A stretch of DNA of 64,000 bases from Trichosphaerium sp. ATCC 40318 (Eukaryota > Protista > Tubulinea), in assembly GCA_038496445.1 (NCBI GenBank), contig JALMLS010000577.1, positions 1,054,001-1,118,000 of the forward strand, written 5' to 3'. Below the pieces are notes generated by a model, which ran no database searches, had not been told where the DNA came from, and was given only the letters and a program-made list of their open reading frames with translations. The position numbers and the translations under genes were made by a program. Shown here one piece after another: positions 21,801-37,022 of the stretch (position 1 is the stretch's first letter; every line of letters starts with the position of its first letter).

Positions 21801-24566
21801 CACAGCATTCAACGCTCTCTTTGTTTTAACATTCACTGTTATTGATACTTACTTCTTGCTCTAAGGGTCTTATAAATTCCAGTTATCTAAGGAAGCTGCA
21901 TTACATATGATTCCTAGCTCTATTTCAATGACTGCTGACTTGATGTCTTCTGTTACGGAGGATGATGACATGCTATGTGAGTTGAAGGATAAACTTGCTA
22001 CTTGGAAGCTTGTAGAATTCTTGTGGGGGACATTACCTTATCATTTAGAGCAAAAATTAAACGTACGTGTTCATTAAGGACTAAACACGTATTTTTCTTT
22101 GTGACATTCCTGTTTTATTCTCAAAACAATGTCGACTTTTTTTTCAGAGTTCGTATGATATCTCTCAAGTTAGACGATTTGGCTTTGAACTTTGGTTGAA
22201 AGAACATATCGCTGAATCAACGTCAGCAGATATGCCATTTTTCCAGCAAATATTCGAGCTTTTATCTGTTGGTGGGTTCTCACAAGCAGCAGAATTGGTA
22301 CGCGAACATTCGTTTCTTTGGCTTTGCTAATCCTCTTTTTTTCTAGGCTCTTAAAAAACCTGCTCCTCGTCTTGCTTTATTATTATCAATGGCAAGTAGT
22401 TCTACTGGATCAAGAGAGGATTTAAAGACTCAAATTGAGCTTTGGCATAGTACAGGAGCTTATGATGAGATAGATTCTCATTCACGTGCTGTTTTTCATA
22501 CGTTAGCTGGTCAATGTAAGTTTTTTTTTCTTTCTTTCTTCCTTTCAGGTTTGTTGGATTCTTATTGTATTTATTATTAGTGTATAATGTTGGTTTACGT
22601 GTTGACTGGAAACGTGCTATTGCTATGAGTATGTGGTATGGAGTATCACAGAATCATGAGATTCCAAAAATACTTCAATATTATGATAGTCTTCTTCAAG
22701 AAGGCAAAGTCAGACAACCTCTTCCTTCATATGTTTCAGAACAAGTACGAGGATTTATTCCTATTAATATACTTACTTTATTGCTCAAGCGTTATCCTAC
22801 TCGTGCTGCTCATGTAGGTTTTAACAGAGGTAGATATAAAAGCATAATATACCATTTGATTGGCTTGTTCAGCAATAGGTAAACTATTTCTTTGTCTTCG
22901 TTTTGATTACTAATGTTATTACTTTGTTTAGGATGTACTCTATGGAGACACTTTTGGAGCCTTTGGGTTGGACACACAATATTTTGGATTACAGGCTTTC
23001 ATGGCACTTGTGCAGTGTACGTCTAAAAACAAAGCATATTTAGAGATGTACTGATTTTTCTTGACTTAGGTTCTCTTCTCTTTGGATGCTTTCCCAGCTG
23101 AAGGATCTGAAAGATTATTAACACATCTTTCTCTAGACTATGCATCACAATTAGACACAGCTGGACTTTGGCAGTGGGCTGTTTACGTTGGTACGCATCT
23201 ATCCTAATTTATTTTTAATCACATATGTTTATTGAGTATTTTCTATTGTGTATTCACATTACTCGTAGCTCTCAATATGTTCAGTCCGAGTGGATCAGAT
23301 TATACTCATGTTAGACAAGTGGCTGTTCGGAAACTTATTGCTCGTAATATTCATAACATGACAGAAACTCAATGTAAGTTCTTGATTGAAGAATTACAAG
23401 TTGCACCAGAAATAATTGAAGAGGAATTGGGTTATCAAGCGTTTAGTAAACGGTACGTTAGTTATTGTTGATATCCTGTATTTATCTTTGTTATAGAGAG
23501 TATGAGTTGGCTGCTACGCACTTTACAGCTGCTAAGAAATGGGGTCTTGCACATGATATTGTGATGAAGCATTTGGGATGTAATATGATCTTGAAAGAAT
23601 CGGATGATAAACTTGATTGGTTGACTTCTTTTCTTTCTTCATTAGAGTCAAGTGGTAATACAATACCAAATTGGCGTAGATGGGGATCTATTGTATTATC
23701 TTATTGCAATATCATTAATGAGACAAAGATTTTAATTGATCATAAGGATGCTGGTAATTTCTTGTTCTTTTTTTGTTTTTTGTCTTATTCTTTTTTGTTC
23801 TACAACTAAACTTCGTTTGCAGCTGCAGTAATAGAAGAATTGACTATTGAAGGCTTTGGGAAGATAGCTGAAGATGCTTTCTTACTTGTAGATCGTATTA
23901 AAGATGCTGATGCAAGTGGTATTAGCGTTTGTGAAGCATTCGGTCCTGCTGAAAAGTTTGATCAATGGGTGTAAGTATTTTTATTATTATTATTAGTTCT
24001 ATTTTTATTGTTGGTCCTCTACTCGAGTAACTATAATTTTTTTTTGCTTCAAACTAAGTTTATTATTTTGCATTAAATTAGAATTACCAATCGTATTAAA
24101 AATGAGTGAAAGCGATAATTACTCGTTGATTTTATTTGCTTAGCAAAACATAATTCATAAAAGAGCCATTATTTTTGTTAAATTTATGTGTTGTTAATTT
24201 TTCTCTTCTTCTTTAGTGTCTGCTTATCTTTTATGGCTTCACGTATGGTACCTATACTTGCTGAAATACAACGTGTCCGTGGGTTCCTTAAAGATGAAAA
24301 TACAATGAAAGATAATTGTACGTGTGACACATCTTTTTTAAATTTTTTTTTCCTCCTTCTTTTTTCCTTCGTTTGTTCTCTATTTTTTGCTCACTTTTTT
24401 TATAGATTCTGAAGCATGCCAGGAAACTATTGCACCTGAGTTATCTATTGCAACAGCTTTGGTAGAGCTTCCATTACCTACAGATAGCGTTCATACAGTT
24501 GTTAAAAAAATGGCTGGTCAGTGGGTTAAATGGCGTATTGCTGAGCGTCAACCAATAATATGTTAG
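15821..24566 (+). CDS. NUP98: Nup98-Nup96 precursor nucleoporin
   Basis: N-terminal FG repeats, GLEBS motif QSISYSPQFNKKSHEELRWEDY, and autoprotease domain (PSIAELRAMS..NFTVHHENHGTVTF..WSFRAEHWSRYG). Nup96 motifs MGRSFRVGWGPGG, DWKRAIAMSMWY, LDYRLSWHL and GLWQWAVYV. Confidence 0.95.
17200..18225 (+). repeat. Low-complexity FG-repeat exon (GGFGNT units)
   Basis: Dozens of GGFGN(T/S) repeats in ORF 17152-18267. Confidence 0.9.
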
Positions 24567-25325
24567 AATTCTAACATCCAACCCAAACAATTTTTTTCAA
24601 AAGAAGACTAGTTTTTTTTCCTCTTTGTTGAGCAACAAAATGTTCCAAACTCTCATTGTAAATAAAAAAAAAAAAGAAAAAAAATGTGGACTTTATTTCG
24701 TGAACTCCAGATGTGGTACTGTCTTGTATTGGAAAGAGCCCAATTTCTGTGATCTTTTTGAGAAACGAATACGTACTTCTCCTCCCGTTACATTTCCATA
24801 TAATAACGCACTCTTCTCTACCACTAAAAGCTGTGATCCACGTCACACATGATGAAACGTAACGAAGGGATCAAGAGCCGTGTAAGCTTAAATTTGCCAG
24901 GTAGAAATTAAAGTTACACAAAAAGGTTTTGTTATTTAATGATTTCAGAATACACAAGATTTACAGTCAAAAAAAAAGATAAACACAATCTGAGGTGCTA
25001 GAGTACTAATATCGGTTGAGCTTGCGATATATCCAATTAGCGCCTGAGACGGTACTATATAGTTCAACGGCGACTTGAACCACATGACGACAGTTTCCAA
25101 GTTTTGGTAAATGATTTCGTAATATGGGAAAAAAGATAGACACAAAGGTTTGGTAGCTTGTCTCATATGAGCATGTGGTGCGTAAAGCATATCTAAATGC
25201 AGCGGTGAAGTATTAGGGTGATGAGGAACGTTGCAAGACAACGTGTAGTTAAACTTTAGTTTTTCGACCAAATTGGGAAAACCAACACAAAAACCGGCTT
25301 ATCCAAAAATACGCCTCATATCACA

Positions 25326-26805
25326 ATGATTAAAGCTCTTCTATGTTTATGTACCTTATTAACCTTCACGCTAGCACTACGTACGTAGTACAAAATGTTT
25401 AAAGACAGCCGAAAAACGCTTTTCTGTACAGCGCAAACGGACTTCATAAAAACCGAACAAACACGTTTTCTAGTTGTTCCCAAATTAAATCCAAGTTTGA
25501 AAATAGCTTCCTCTTTTCAGGATAAAAGCAGAAAATACTAATTCAACTGAAAATTAACCATCTGTTGTAGGTGTGGGCGATAGAGGAGCTTGTACATTGA
25601 TCTCGTCTACTTTCCAAATATTAGAGAACTCAGAGGAACCGAATAACCCTAACTTTGTTGTTAATGATACTGCTACAGAGTATATAGTCGAGTTCCCAAA
25701 CTTGCATTATTTTATTAATTTGGACTCAAATTCGTTTGAGTTGCGTATAGATATGTTTATAAACTCTACATTGAGCAACCTTCAGTTTGATTGTATGATG
25801 GAGCAACCGTCTGTAGATGGTACGTTCTTTTTTGGAAGCAAAACGAAAAACTCATACACTTTGGCTTTAAACAAGAAATCTGCTAATTTCTTGAGCTTCT
25901 TTTGCTAAATCGTTGCTTTGGTGTACTACTTCAAGTCTTTTTTCACTTCCGAAATACTATACAGTGCTTCATAATACTTTTAAAGCGTATTTCAATCACT
26001 TTTATTCGAGTTGGCTTGGCGTAAGCCAGCTTTTTTGTTTGTTTTTATTATTCTCTTCCTAACATCTGTAAAGGCTTTTCGTTGGTTTCTTCTGATTTTC
26101 CAATCCCTCCCACTAATATTGCATTTACTTCCACATCATTCAGGTACACTCAATCACCTAACAGATCTGCTTTGTATTAACTTCTTGGATAGGTTCAGAT
26201 TGACACCACAAACTGTAACAGCAATACAGTATAATCTGATGTTTAGTATACCCTCACCACCAACAACAATATCACCAACAACGTTACCTCCGACAACATT
26301 GCCTCCAACGACTCAACCACCATCAACAATGGCTCCAACAACGTTACCACCAACAACGTTGCCACCAACGGCATCACCAACGACACTACCTCCAACCACA
26401 CTTCCACCAACAACACTCTCTCCAACATTACCGCCAACGCTACCTCCAACTACACTACCACCAGCAACGCTCTCACCAACAACATTGCCTCCAACAACGC
26501 TACCTCCAACGACGTTACCACCAACAACGTTGCCACCAACGGCATCACCAACGACACTATCTCCAACCACACTTCCACCAACAACACTCTCTCCAACATT
26601 GCCACCAACGACTTCACCTCCAACTCAAGAACCAACAGCAGTACAACCAACAACGGAAACACCAACCAGTGTATTTAATTCTACAGAAGCACCAAAAGCA
26701 CCACCATTTGTTGCTGGTGCAAGAAGTGGTTCTTCCAAACACAAGTTGAATGTTATCACTCTACTGTTTTTCAGTTTTTCTTTGGTATTATTCAGTTGTC
26801 TGTAA
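25326..26805 (+). CDS. Secreted or GPI-anchored mucin-like surface protein
   Basis: Signal peptide MIKALLCLCTLLTFTLAL, multi-exon ectodomain, (PTTLP)n stalk, hydrophobic C-terminus VITLLFFSFSLVLFSCL with no cytoplasmic tail. Confidence 0.65.
26260..26625 (+). repeat. 15-nt coding tandem repeat (PTTLP/PTTLS)
   Basis: About 20 or more degenerate ccaacaacgttacca units. Confidence 0.9.
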
Positions 26806-27172
26806 TAACACTACAAATACACATGTACACTATCACAATAAAGACACTGACGTACCTTGATAGTCACCTTTTTTTTAAGTCAATTTTACCTCCATTAGAT
26901 TAGTTGTCAACGTTTTACTAGTAACTCGCTTTGTAAATGTTTTATTATCTGATTCTTCTGAATTTGGGACATCTTAGTTATAAAAAAGTCTACTGGCCAA
27001 GAAATGTCACGTGTACACATGTTGATATCTCATAAAGAGACTAGTGACTTAGATCAAGGTTAAGCTGAGTCTAGTTTTTATGTTACCTCAATCTTCGTTC
27101 TGTGTTATTCAGGTAAAATGTAAAAATAGAATTTTAAGTCTTTCAAAGTAGAACCAAAAAGAAGGCAGCACG

Positions 27173-27685
27173 ATGAGCACGGTAAACGTAACAATATGGG
27201 GACCTTACAAAGGCTCTACCGAGAAAGTATTGGCCACTTCTATGACAGTTGCCGCATTAAAACAACAACTTATTACACCAGAAAATTTAGAGCTCTCAGG
27301 TGGTGTAGAAGCCATATTATTAGCATACACGAAAAGCGGAGGCGAACGGACGGAGGTTAACGATAATACAACGACAATCGGCGAATTAGGCTTAAAAGAC
27401 GGCGATGAACTGGATATACGCTGTCCTAGCCGCATAAGGCGTCAAATATTCGTTAAAACGCTTACAGGACGAACGTATTTTCTAACTGATGTGAACCTTG
27501 GATTGGCAGTTGCTCATCTAAAGGAACAGATACAAGACCAGTCTGGTGTACCACCAGAGCAACAGAGGCTCATATTTGCTGGCAAAGAACTAGATGATGA
27601 CAACAAATCTCTTTGTGACTATAACATGGAGTACCAAGTAACCTTACACCTTGTACTTAAGGCGCGGAGTGAAGTATGTAAGTAA
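27173..27685 (+). CDS. Intronless tandem ubiquitin-like protein lacking C-terminal diglycine
   Basis: The second domain [42 protein letters not shown] is ubiquitin-like and ends KARSEVCK. The first domain is a divergent beta-grasp. Confidence 0.8.
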   Translation: MSTVNVTIWGPYKGSTEKVLATSMTVAALKQQLITPENLELSGGVEAILLAYTKSGGERTEVNDNTTTIGELGLKDGDELDIRCPSRIRRQIFVKTLTGRTYFLTDVNLGLAVAHLKEQIQDQSGVPPEQQRLIFAGKELDDDNKSLCDYNMEYQVTLHLVLKARSEVCK

Positions 27686-28395
27686 AATAAATATCTGAAA
27701 AGGAGTACCACAAGGATTACCTGGACCTCATCAGTATCAATGGCTTGGTGTTTTCGAAGACACTAGTGTTTCTTTTTTTTTTTGCTATAGTTTTGTTGTT
27801 CTTGGGAGGATAGCCAGTTTGAAGCTTCAGATATACAAGACATCGCCTCGGGCTGTTGCCAAGGTATTATTACTTTTTTCTATACTAGTGTTTTTTGCAC
27901 GTGCGATTGTTAGGACCATTGAAAAAAAACCAGGAAATTTTGTGAATATTGTAAAAAGAAATCAGTTGCTTATAAGCTAAGGTAACGCAGGTTTATGTGA
28001 GGTTTAAAGCTTATTCATAATACAACATTTTTTTTTTCTTATTTGGGTTGTGCCTTGTAAAAAGAAAACAAGTTCAAATCAAGTCGTGTGAAAACCTTCA
28101 CACATACCAAAGTGCTCTAATGTCTTACATGTGTTGACTTGCCATCTTCGAATAACTCAAATAACTACATGACAGTTGCATTATTTTGCACTGCCTTGCT
28201 AAGAAATGGCACTGCTTGTTTGGATACCCTTGTTACATACTTAGTAACACGATACCTTCAAGTTCAGTACTGTCCACTGAGACTCAATCACTTTTTGGAA
28301 GTGGAAACATAAGAGCACCCTTAGTAGAATCCGGGACCACCTCAAACTTCACCTCACCTTGGATTCAAAGAATACTGTTTTATTTTTTATTAAAC

Positions 28396-30770
<2,375 letters not shown>

Positions 30771-31654
30771 TTAAAGCAACCATTTGTGAAAAAAAACAAA
30801 ATCCTATTTTTTTCTTCAAAAAAAACAAAAACACAAACACTCGTATTCATTTGGTGCACAATGAATTTACAAACCATCAAACCAATTTGATAAATAGAAA
30901 CAATCAAAAAATACTAAAGAGATATTTACATAAGCGTTACAAACGTTTCTTGTTACAAAACATTACAAACGCTTTCACCCAGTTAGAAATGTTTTGTCAC
31001 AATATTTCTGGCTATATTGAGAGCGACCTTGTTTTAGCGCTTTGCTTGGGTTTTAAATGCAAGCTACTTTGTATCCAGCAACATTGTGTATAATACCAAC
31101 ATAGCAGCTGCAAATCGGGATTTTGTCGTTTGACGTAGTTCTCCACCGGAAAGTCTCTAAAATGATTTTTGAAATTACGGCTTAAATTTTGTGTATTTTG
31201 ATACTTTGACTGCTCAAATGGAGAAATCAATGGACCGTAGGTTGCTACCGACTTTACTCTTTACCGCTAGTCTCCTACGTGAGAAAATCCTGAAATAGGA
31301 GATGACCTGCACAGCATATTGTCATTGCTTGGACACTTGGTGCATGGGAAAACAAACATAAATTGTGAAAAGAGGTAGTGTAAGGTCAGCTCTCTACATA
31401 AGTTATAGGTCGCTCTTTAGCGCTATATCTCGGACTCTCAAGGAGCCCTTTCAGTCTGGTCATTAACGGAATATCTTCAACTGTTACAAATTGTTGGGCG
31501 ATATGTTTTCTCACAAAGAAAATCACAAAGACAAAACAAGAGCTTTGATGTAAAAAGTTTTTTTTTATTGTTGATTGCTATTTGTTTTTTTCTTCTTTTT
31601 TTGCCTTCTCAAAGAAGGTGCAAATAAAAAAAGAATACAAGCAAACGTTTTGGT

Positions 31655-34156
31655 CTAAAGACCGCAAAAAGAGTTCGCAAATCCTGGAGTACCAATGTTG
31701 TTCATTCCAAGAGGATCAATTCCAGACATATCTACTACACTATCACACCAGTTTGATCCAGTATTTGCACAACCTGCATCTTCACATACAACGGTCAATC
31801 TCATTGAGGCTCCTTGAACTGTTGTTGGGAAACCGGTACCGCCTACTGTTTGTTCGAGAATAGCCGTAGGGTTGCCATCACAAGACAGAGTGAATACTAC
31901 AGCTGTATTTGGAGAGAAATTTGTAGGTGGACTGAATTCATAATCATAAGTAAGGCCCGGCAATGAATATTCAGGAAAGTTTTGGTTGTTTCCAAAGACG
32001 ATTATAGGGGCTGGCATGCCGCCCACCAGTTCTATTGGTGGTAGAGTATAGTCTTGACCATCAACATTCAATATGCAACCTTCTAGGTTTACCGTAAAAA
32101 AATCAATATAAGTTAACTCAATGAACTGGCCGTCTTGTGGATTCATGCCATTAGGGTTCACCATGAATTCAGTAATAATTATGCTGCCTGGAACAGGTCT
32201 ACTCATCATTATCGTTGGTGGCTCGGTCATCATAGGAGGATCTGTCGTTGGCGGCTCGGTCAGCATAGGAGGATCTGTCGTTGGTGGATCGGTCATCATA
32301 GGAGGATCTGTCGTTGGAGGATCGGTCATCATAGGAGGATCTGTCGTTGGAGGATCGGTCATCATAGGAGGATCTGTCGTTGGAGGATCGGTCAGCATAG
32401 GAGGATCTGTCGTTGGTGGATCGGTCATCATAGGAGGATCTGTCGTTGGTGGATCGGTCATCATAGGAGGATCTGTCGTTGGTGGATCGGTCATCATAGG
32501 AGGATCTGTCGTTGGTGGATCGGTCAGCATAGGAGGATCTGTTGTTGGTGGATCGGTCAACATTGGAGGCTCTGTAGACGGAGCGCTTGGTTGAAATGCT
32601 CCACAATCTTCTATCTCGCACACAATGTTGGTGGATTCGTCCATAGAACAGCATCTGTCAATAGTTTTAGATAAAAATGGGAGGTATTCGTTTAATTTCT
32701 GTTAGTTTAAAATCTCGTACACGTCATTGCCATTATCTCCATTAATCGTTGGTGCCCGAAGAGAAGTCTGAGTGCTCCCTTTGGCTGTTATGCGGTCATT
32801 TCCATTTCCACCATTGATACTACCACTTCTGGACTCAAAGTCGCAGATATCAATATTATCAACACCACCATTACCATTTATGGTGTTAAACATAACATCG
32901 TTCATAACAATATGATCCGCACCACCATTTCCTTTAAAAATTGTCAAAAAATAAGGTTGAAAAAAAGCACGTGACTACGAAAATAATGAAAAACAGCACG
33001 CAAAGCAGATGTAGCGTAAAGATGTTTGATTTTTTCTTTTCTACGTTACCTGAAGCTTGGTCAAATTCTGTTTCAGTTGCTTTTATACAATCGGCTCCAG
33101 CGCCACCCATGATTAAATCAATTATAGAACTCATTTGTCTTTTATCTGAACCTACAAGCAAGATAGTCAGAAGAGACAAATAATCACATGGTTTTCTTTG
33201 TTTTTTTTTCAAAGACTTTTTTTGTAAAATCCTGTACCTTCACGCTTTCCAGGTTCTGGTCCAAGAATGTCAATACAATCAGCTCCGTTTCCAGAGTCTA
33301 TGTTTCTCCTAAAATAAAAATCAAAATCAAAATCTTTGAGCGAGGAACATAGAACACGTGATAATTTTTTTGCTGAGTTTCGTTTTTTTCGAAAAAAGAG
33401 AAAAAGTAGAACTAAAACCACTAATCTCGTACGCTTCACAAGAGCTCAATTTTATCCAATCAGCGCCAGTGTCAGTGATGATATCTTTGTAACAAGTGAG
33501 TTGAAGAAATAAAATTGTACCAAAGAAAGTAAATATTAGCTTACCTCTTACAACACTGTTTTTTAGATATACACAATCACCACCTGCACCTGTCCAATTT
33601 TTTAGTAAGTTACATACAACTTGTACAAAAAAAAACACTACTGGAGCTCGGTTGACTTACCTGTTTCGATGTCACGAACTTCAGCACTGTCACCAATAAT
33701 ATAATCCACTCCCTCATTAGTGTTAATATCACGTGTTATTTCGCTTCCGGGGTCTAGAAAGACGCAATCGACACCATCCGTTCCTACTATGGCGCGTATG
33801 CTTGTATCTGTAGTGACAATAACACAATCAGCATTTCGTATGGCTACAAAGAAAATCTCATTAGGAGGAACAAACCTTAGGTGAAAAAGTTGAAAAAAAT
33901 AAACCAAAAGGCGTACTGTTTCCTTGGCTATTTTGGCGTGTGGCGGTGAAGCAAGTTCCTGCCGCCCTTCGTCCCATACAATAACTAAGATCGCACGGAA
34001 CGCAATCATCACAAGCCTGTGCGTAACACGAAGCTACTATTGTTACAATGGTAAGTGTTTGAAGGTTAATAATACAAAACAAACGAAAGGGTGGTTAAAT
34101 ACATTACCTAGTAACACAGCTAGCGAGACAAAGATGGAAGTACTAAAACCACTCAT
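31655..34156 (-). CDS. Secreted protein with RTX-like GxGxD repeats, Pro/Thr/Met stalk and C-terminal lamin-tail-like domain
   Basis: Signal peptide MSGFSTSIFVSLAVLL and repeated GxGADCI/GNGGVDNI units over short exons. PGSIIITEFMVNP..GQFIEL..WC..GTPGFAN matches LTD-type modules. Confidence 0.7.
32208..32570 (-). repeat. 33-nt coding minisatellite (PPMMTDPPTTD) x ~10-11
   Basis: Near-identical repeats of ggatcggtcatcataggaggatctgtcgttggt on the + strand. Confidence 0.95.
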
Positions 34157-34925
34157 TGGTTTTGTTGCCTTGATAGTTTAAAAAGCCTGTATCTGCAAAA
34201 AAAGGGAATCACAGATATTGTATCTGATGTTATCTCATTTTGAGCATTGAACAGGGATTAACTGTTCTCTTTCTTGGTAGTTTTAGATAGTCATATTTGT
34301 TTGGAGATTTGGGGTGAAGAACTCGTGATAGCGTCAACTTTTTGTGGACTTGTTCAACCAACATATAGCTACCTTAACGAAACGATATTTTATCACACGT
34401 GCTTTAGAACCGACAAGGTTTTTTTCGCGCAACAAACGTAAATTCGTTCAGCGTACAGTCTTTGAACGACCTTACTCTAAAACTGCACCTAAAAAACACC
34501 TTTATAATATGTCGTGGGTTGTATTGTATTGATGGTGTCAGTATTCGCTAAGAGCCGAAAAAAAAACCTAACAAAGACGCAAGAATTTGCATAATATCTG
34601 CTATGCTTATAAGCCTGCTGCAAGTAATGTCATTACTTCACACAGTACTAGTTATGTTTTTTGGATGTTTTCGGGACACTGTATTATCAGAAGATACGCT
34701 TTTGGCGAATGTTTAGAGCTCGTGTATGTTAGTGTCAAATCAAATTAACTTGTTAAATCACGTAAAATCACGTTAATAGAATCTACAAAATTGTTTGATG
34801 ATAGCTTTTTGTACCAGGAATCTACTCCTTTCTTGCAGTATTTTCATTCTAGACAAGTTTGTGGTATTCCCACTTTATTTGGTATTAATACCAAGTCAAT
34901 TAGACACAATTAACCAAATAGTATC

Positions 34926-37022
34926 ATGGTGATTTATCGCGTCTGTGTAAGATGCGTACAAGCAATTATAATTATACTACTAGCGTTTATAGTATCCACA
35001 GCCACAGCGCAGCCATGCAATATTTATGTGTCCATTAACGGCACTTCTACAAACGTGCGTTGAATATTAACCTGAAAATTGGTAAAACAACTCAAACACG
35101 TGGTCATGTATAGAGTGGGTCGATGCTAAGCCCTGTCAACAGTATTCATTCTGCTTTAACTAAAACTATTTTGTGTTCCAATATCACGTGCGTTATATGC
35201 GTGTCAGGTAGCTAGGGTTAAAGAAAAGGCTGAAAATAACAAAAGTAAGGTGGCTATTACACTAGCGGTCACCCCGTTGAATATACCTTATGGAATCCAT
35301 CCACAGGCGCTCTAGTTATCAAATACTACGACTGGGAGGGATATGCTATACCTGCAAGGAATGTTGGCTTTTTGAAGGTAGATTCCATTATCGGGCATTA
35401 ATTGTTTAACGGGTGTACTAGCTTTCATATGACACTTCAGCTGATGTGACAATAGATGGATTTGACGACATAGAAGTATCCATAAAAAATCATAAAAACA
35501 CAACAAGCAGTCTGAAGCTAATGGTGACGCGTTCATCGGTTGTTTCTAACTCGAGTCGTGCGTTTGTAAAACTCCAAGTATTTTTTTTTTCAATCAATGC
35601 TCTTTTTTTTTTGACATTGAGTTCGCTTTAGATCTGAACGTTAGTGGATGTAAATATTGCTCTCTCGATATCACAGTTGATAATTGTACTATTCAACGAA
35701 CTCTGCTCATTGAAGAAAGTGGTAAAAACGTGATTGCATGGACTTCAATAAAGATAAAAAATTCGTACTTGTCAAAATCAAATCAAAAACTTTCAGGTTT
35801 GTCGTACAACAGCTTGCTTTTAAATATTTTACTCTGGCTTTAGCTTCAAATATGGAGATCACATCAAATGTCTTTAACCTCAAAGGCCTTCGAGAAGTCT
35901 CACAAAGCTTCTCTAGTAACAGCACAATAGTATTCTCAGACAACCAAGTACATGAATGCAATTTTGTTCCAAAAACACCTTCACAATCATATTGCATTGC
36001 TCTCTTTGCAAGTATTTTTACGCGAGACGTTTCGATTTCAGTTGAAGGAAACACGTTTGATGGCAATATTACGTTTATGTATATTTGGACTGTTCCCAAT
36101 AATATAAACCAATACAATGTCGATATCACTAACAACACGTTTGGTTGTCCTGATGTACGTATTCGGGTTTTTTTCCTGGTTTTGACTTTAATACCTACAA
36201 ACTTTCAGCTCAGCTTGCCTATCCTTCTTAGCTATTTTATTGTAGGGAAAGTATGATACAATGAATTTCTACGAAATAGATAATAGAACTGTTGTCAGCG
36301 ACAATAGATTCCTTTGCAACGGTAAGTTTTAGTTAGCGAAAACCATGTTATTAATTGGTTTTTTGGAATCAGCTAGCTGTTCAGCATCGCACTATAACTA
36401 TGAAAATCTCATGTGTGTCTCTTGTCCTTCGAACTCTATCCAAGATCCCAAAAATTCACAACTTTGTCAGCCATGTGATCCAGGTTCTTCATCTCTAAAT
36501 AGCCCTGGTGACTGCAAACTCTGTAGAAAAGGGACAAGCTGGTGCGTGTTACCATATTACACCTTGCTACGTTTGGTTTATTTTATGCCACGATAGAGCC
36601 TTTGGCAATATTGCTACTAATCGTATACCCACTTTTTATAGTATCTAACTAAGTTCTTTTCTTTTGAGTTCTCATTCTTTTCTGCTATTTTACTTTTGTT
36701 TACAGGTCAGTTGGTAAATGTATTCCATGCATTGGAAGTAATTACACTGATACCGAAGGATCACTTGTATGCAGATTCTGCAAAGAACCTGATAAAGCAA
36801 GTAATGACGGCGCATTGGAGGGGAACACACAGTGTACACCCTTAACGAAGAAACATGGCGCTGTCATTGCTATATGTGTATCTATATCTTTTGTTGTTAT
36901 TGCTGCTGGTACACTGAAATTAACGTTATGACCTTGAAATTAATAATATGTTAGGCATTGGCGTTGTAGTGTTCATAATCATTAGAAGAAAGAAGAATCA
37001 AAGTTTTGAATCTGTCTCTTGA
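34926..37022 (+). CDS. Type I membrane protein with beta-helix-like and Cys-rich (GCC2/ephrin-receptor-like) ectodomain
   Basis: Signal peptide, IYVSINGTS..GSMLSPVNSIHSAL, Cys-rich CVSCPSNS..CQPCDPGS..CKLCRKG, TM AVIAICVSISFVVIAAGIGVVVFIII and RRKK tail. Confidence 0.6.

Noticed and set aside
32208-32570. Regular 33-nt repeat array as a possible CRISPR
   Set aside because: No unique spacers, in-frame coding minisatellite, eukaryotic context with no cas genes.
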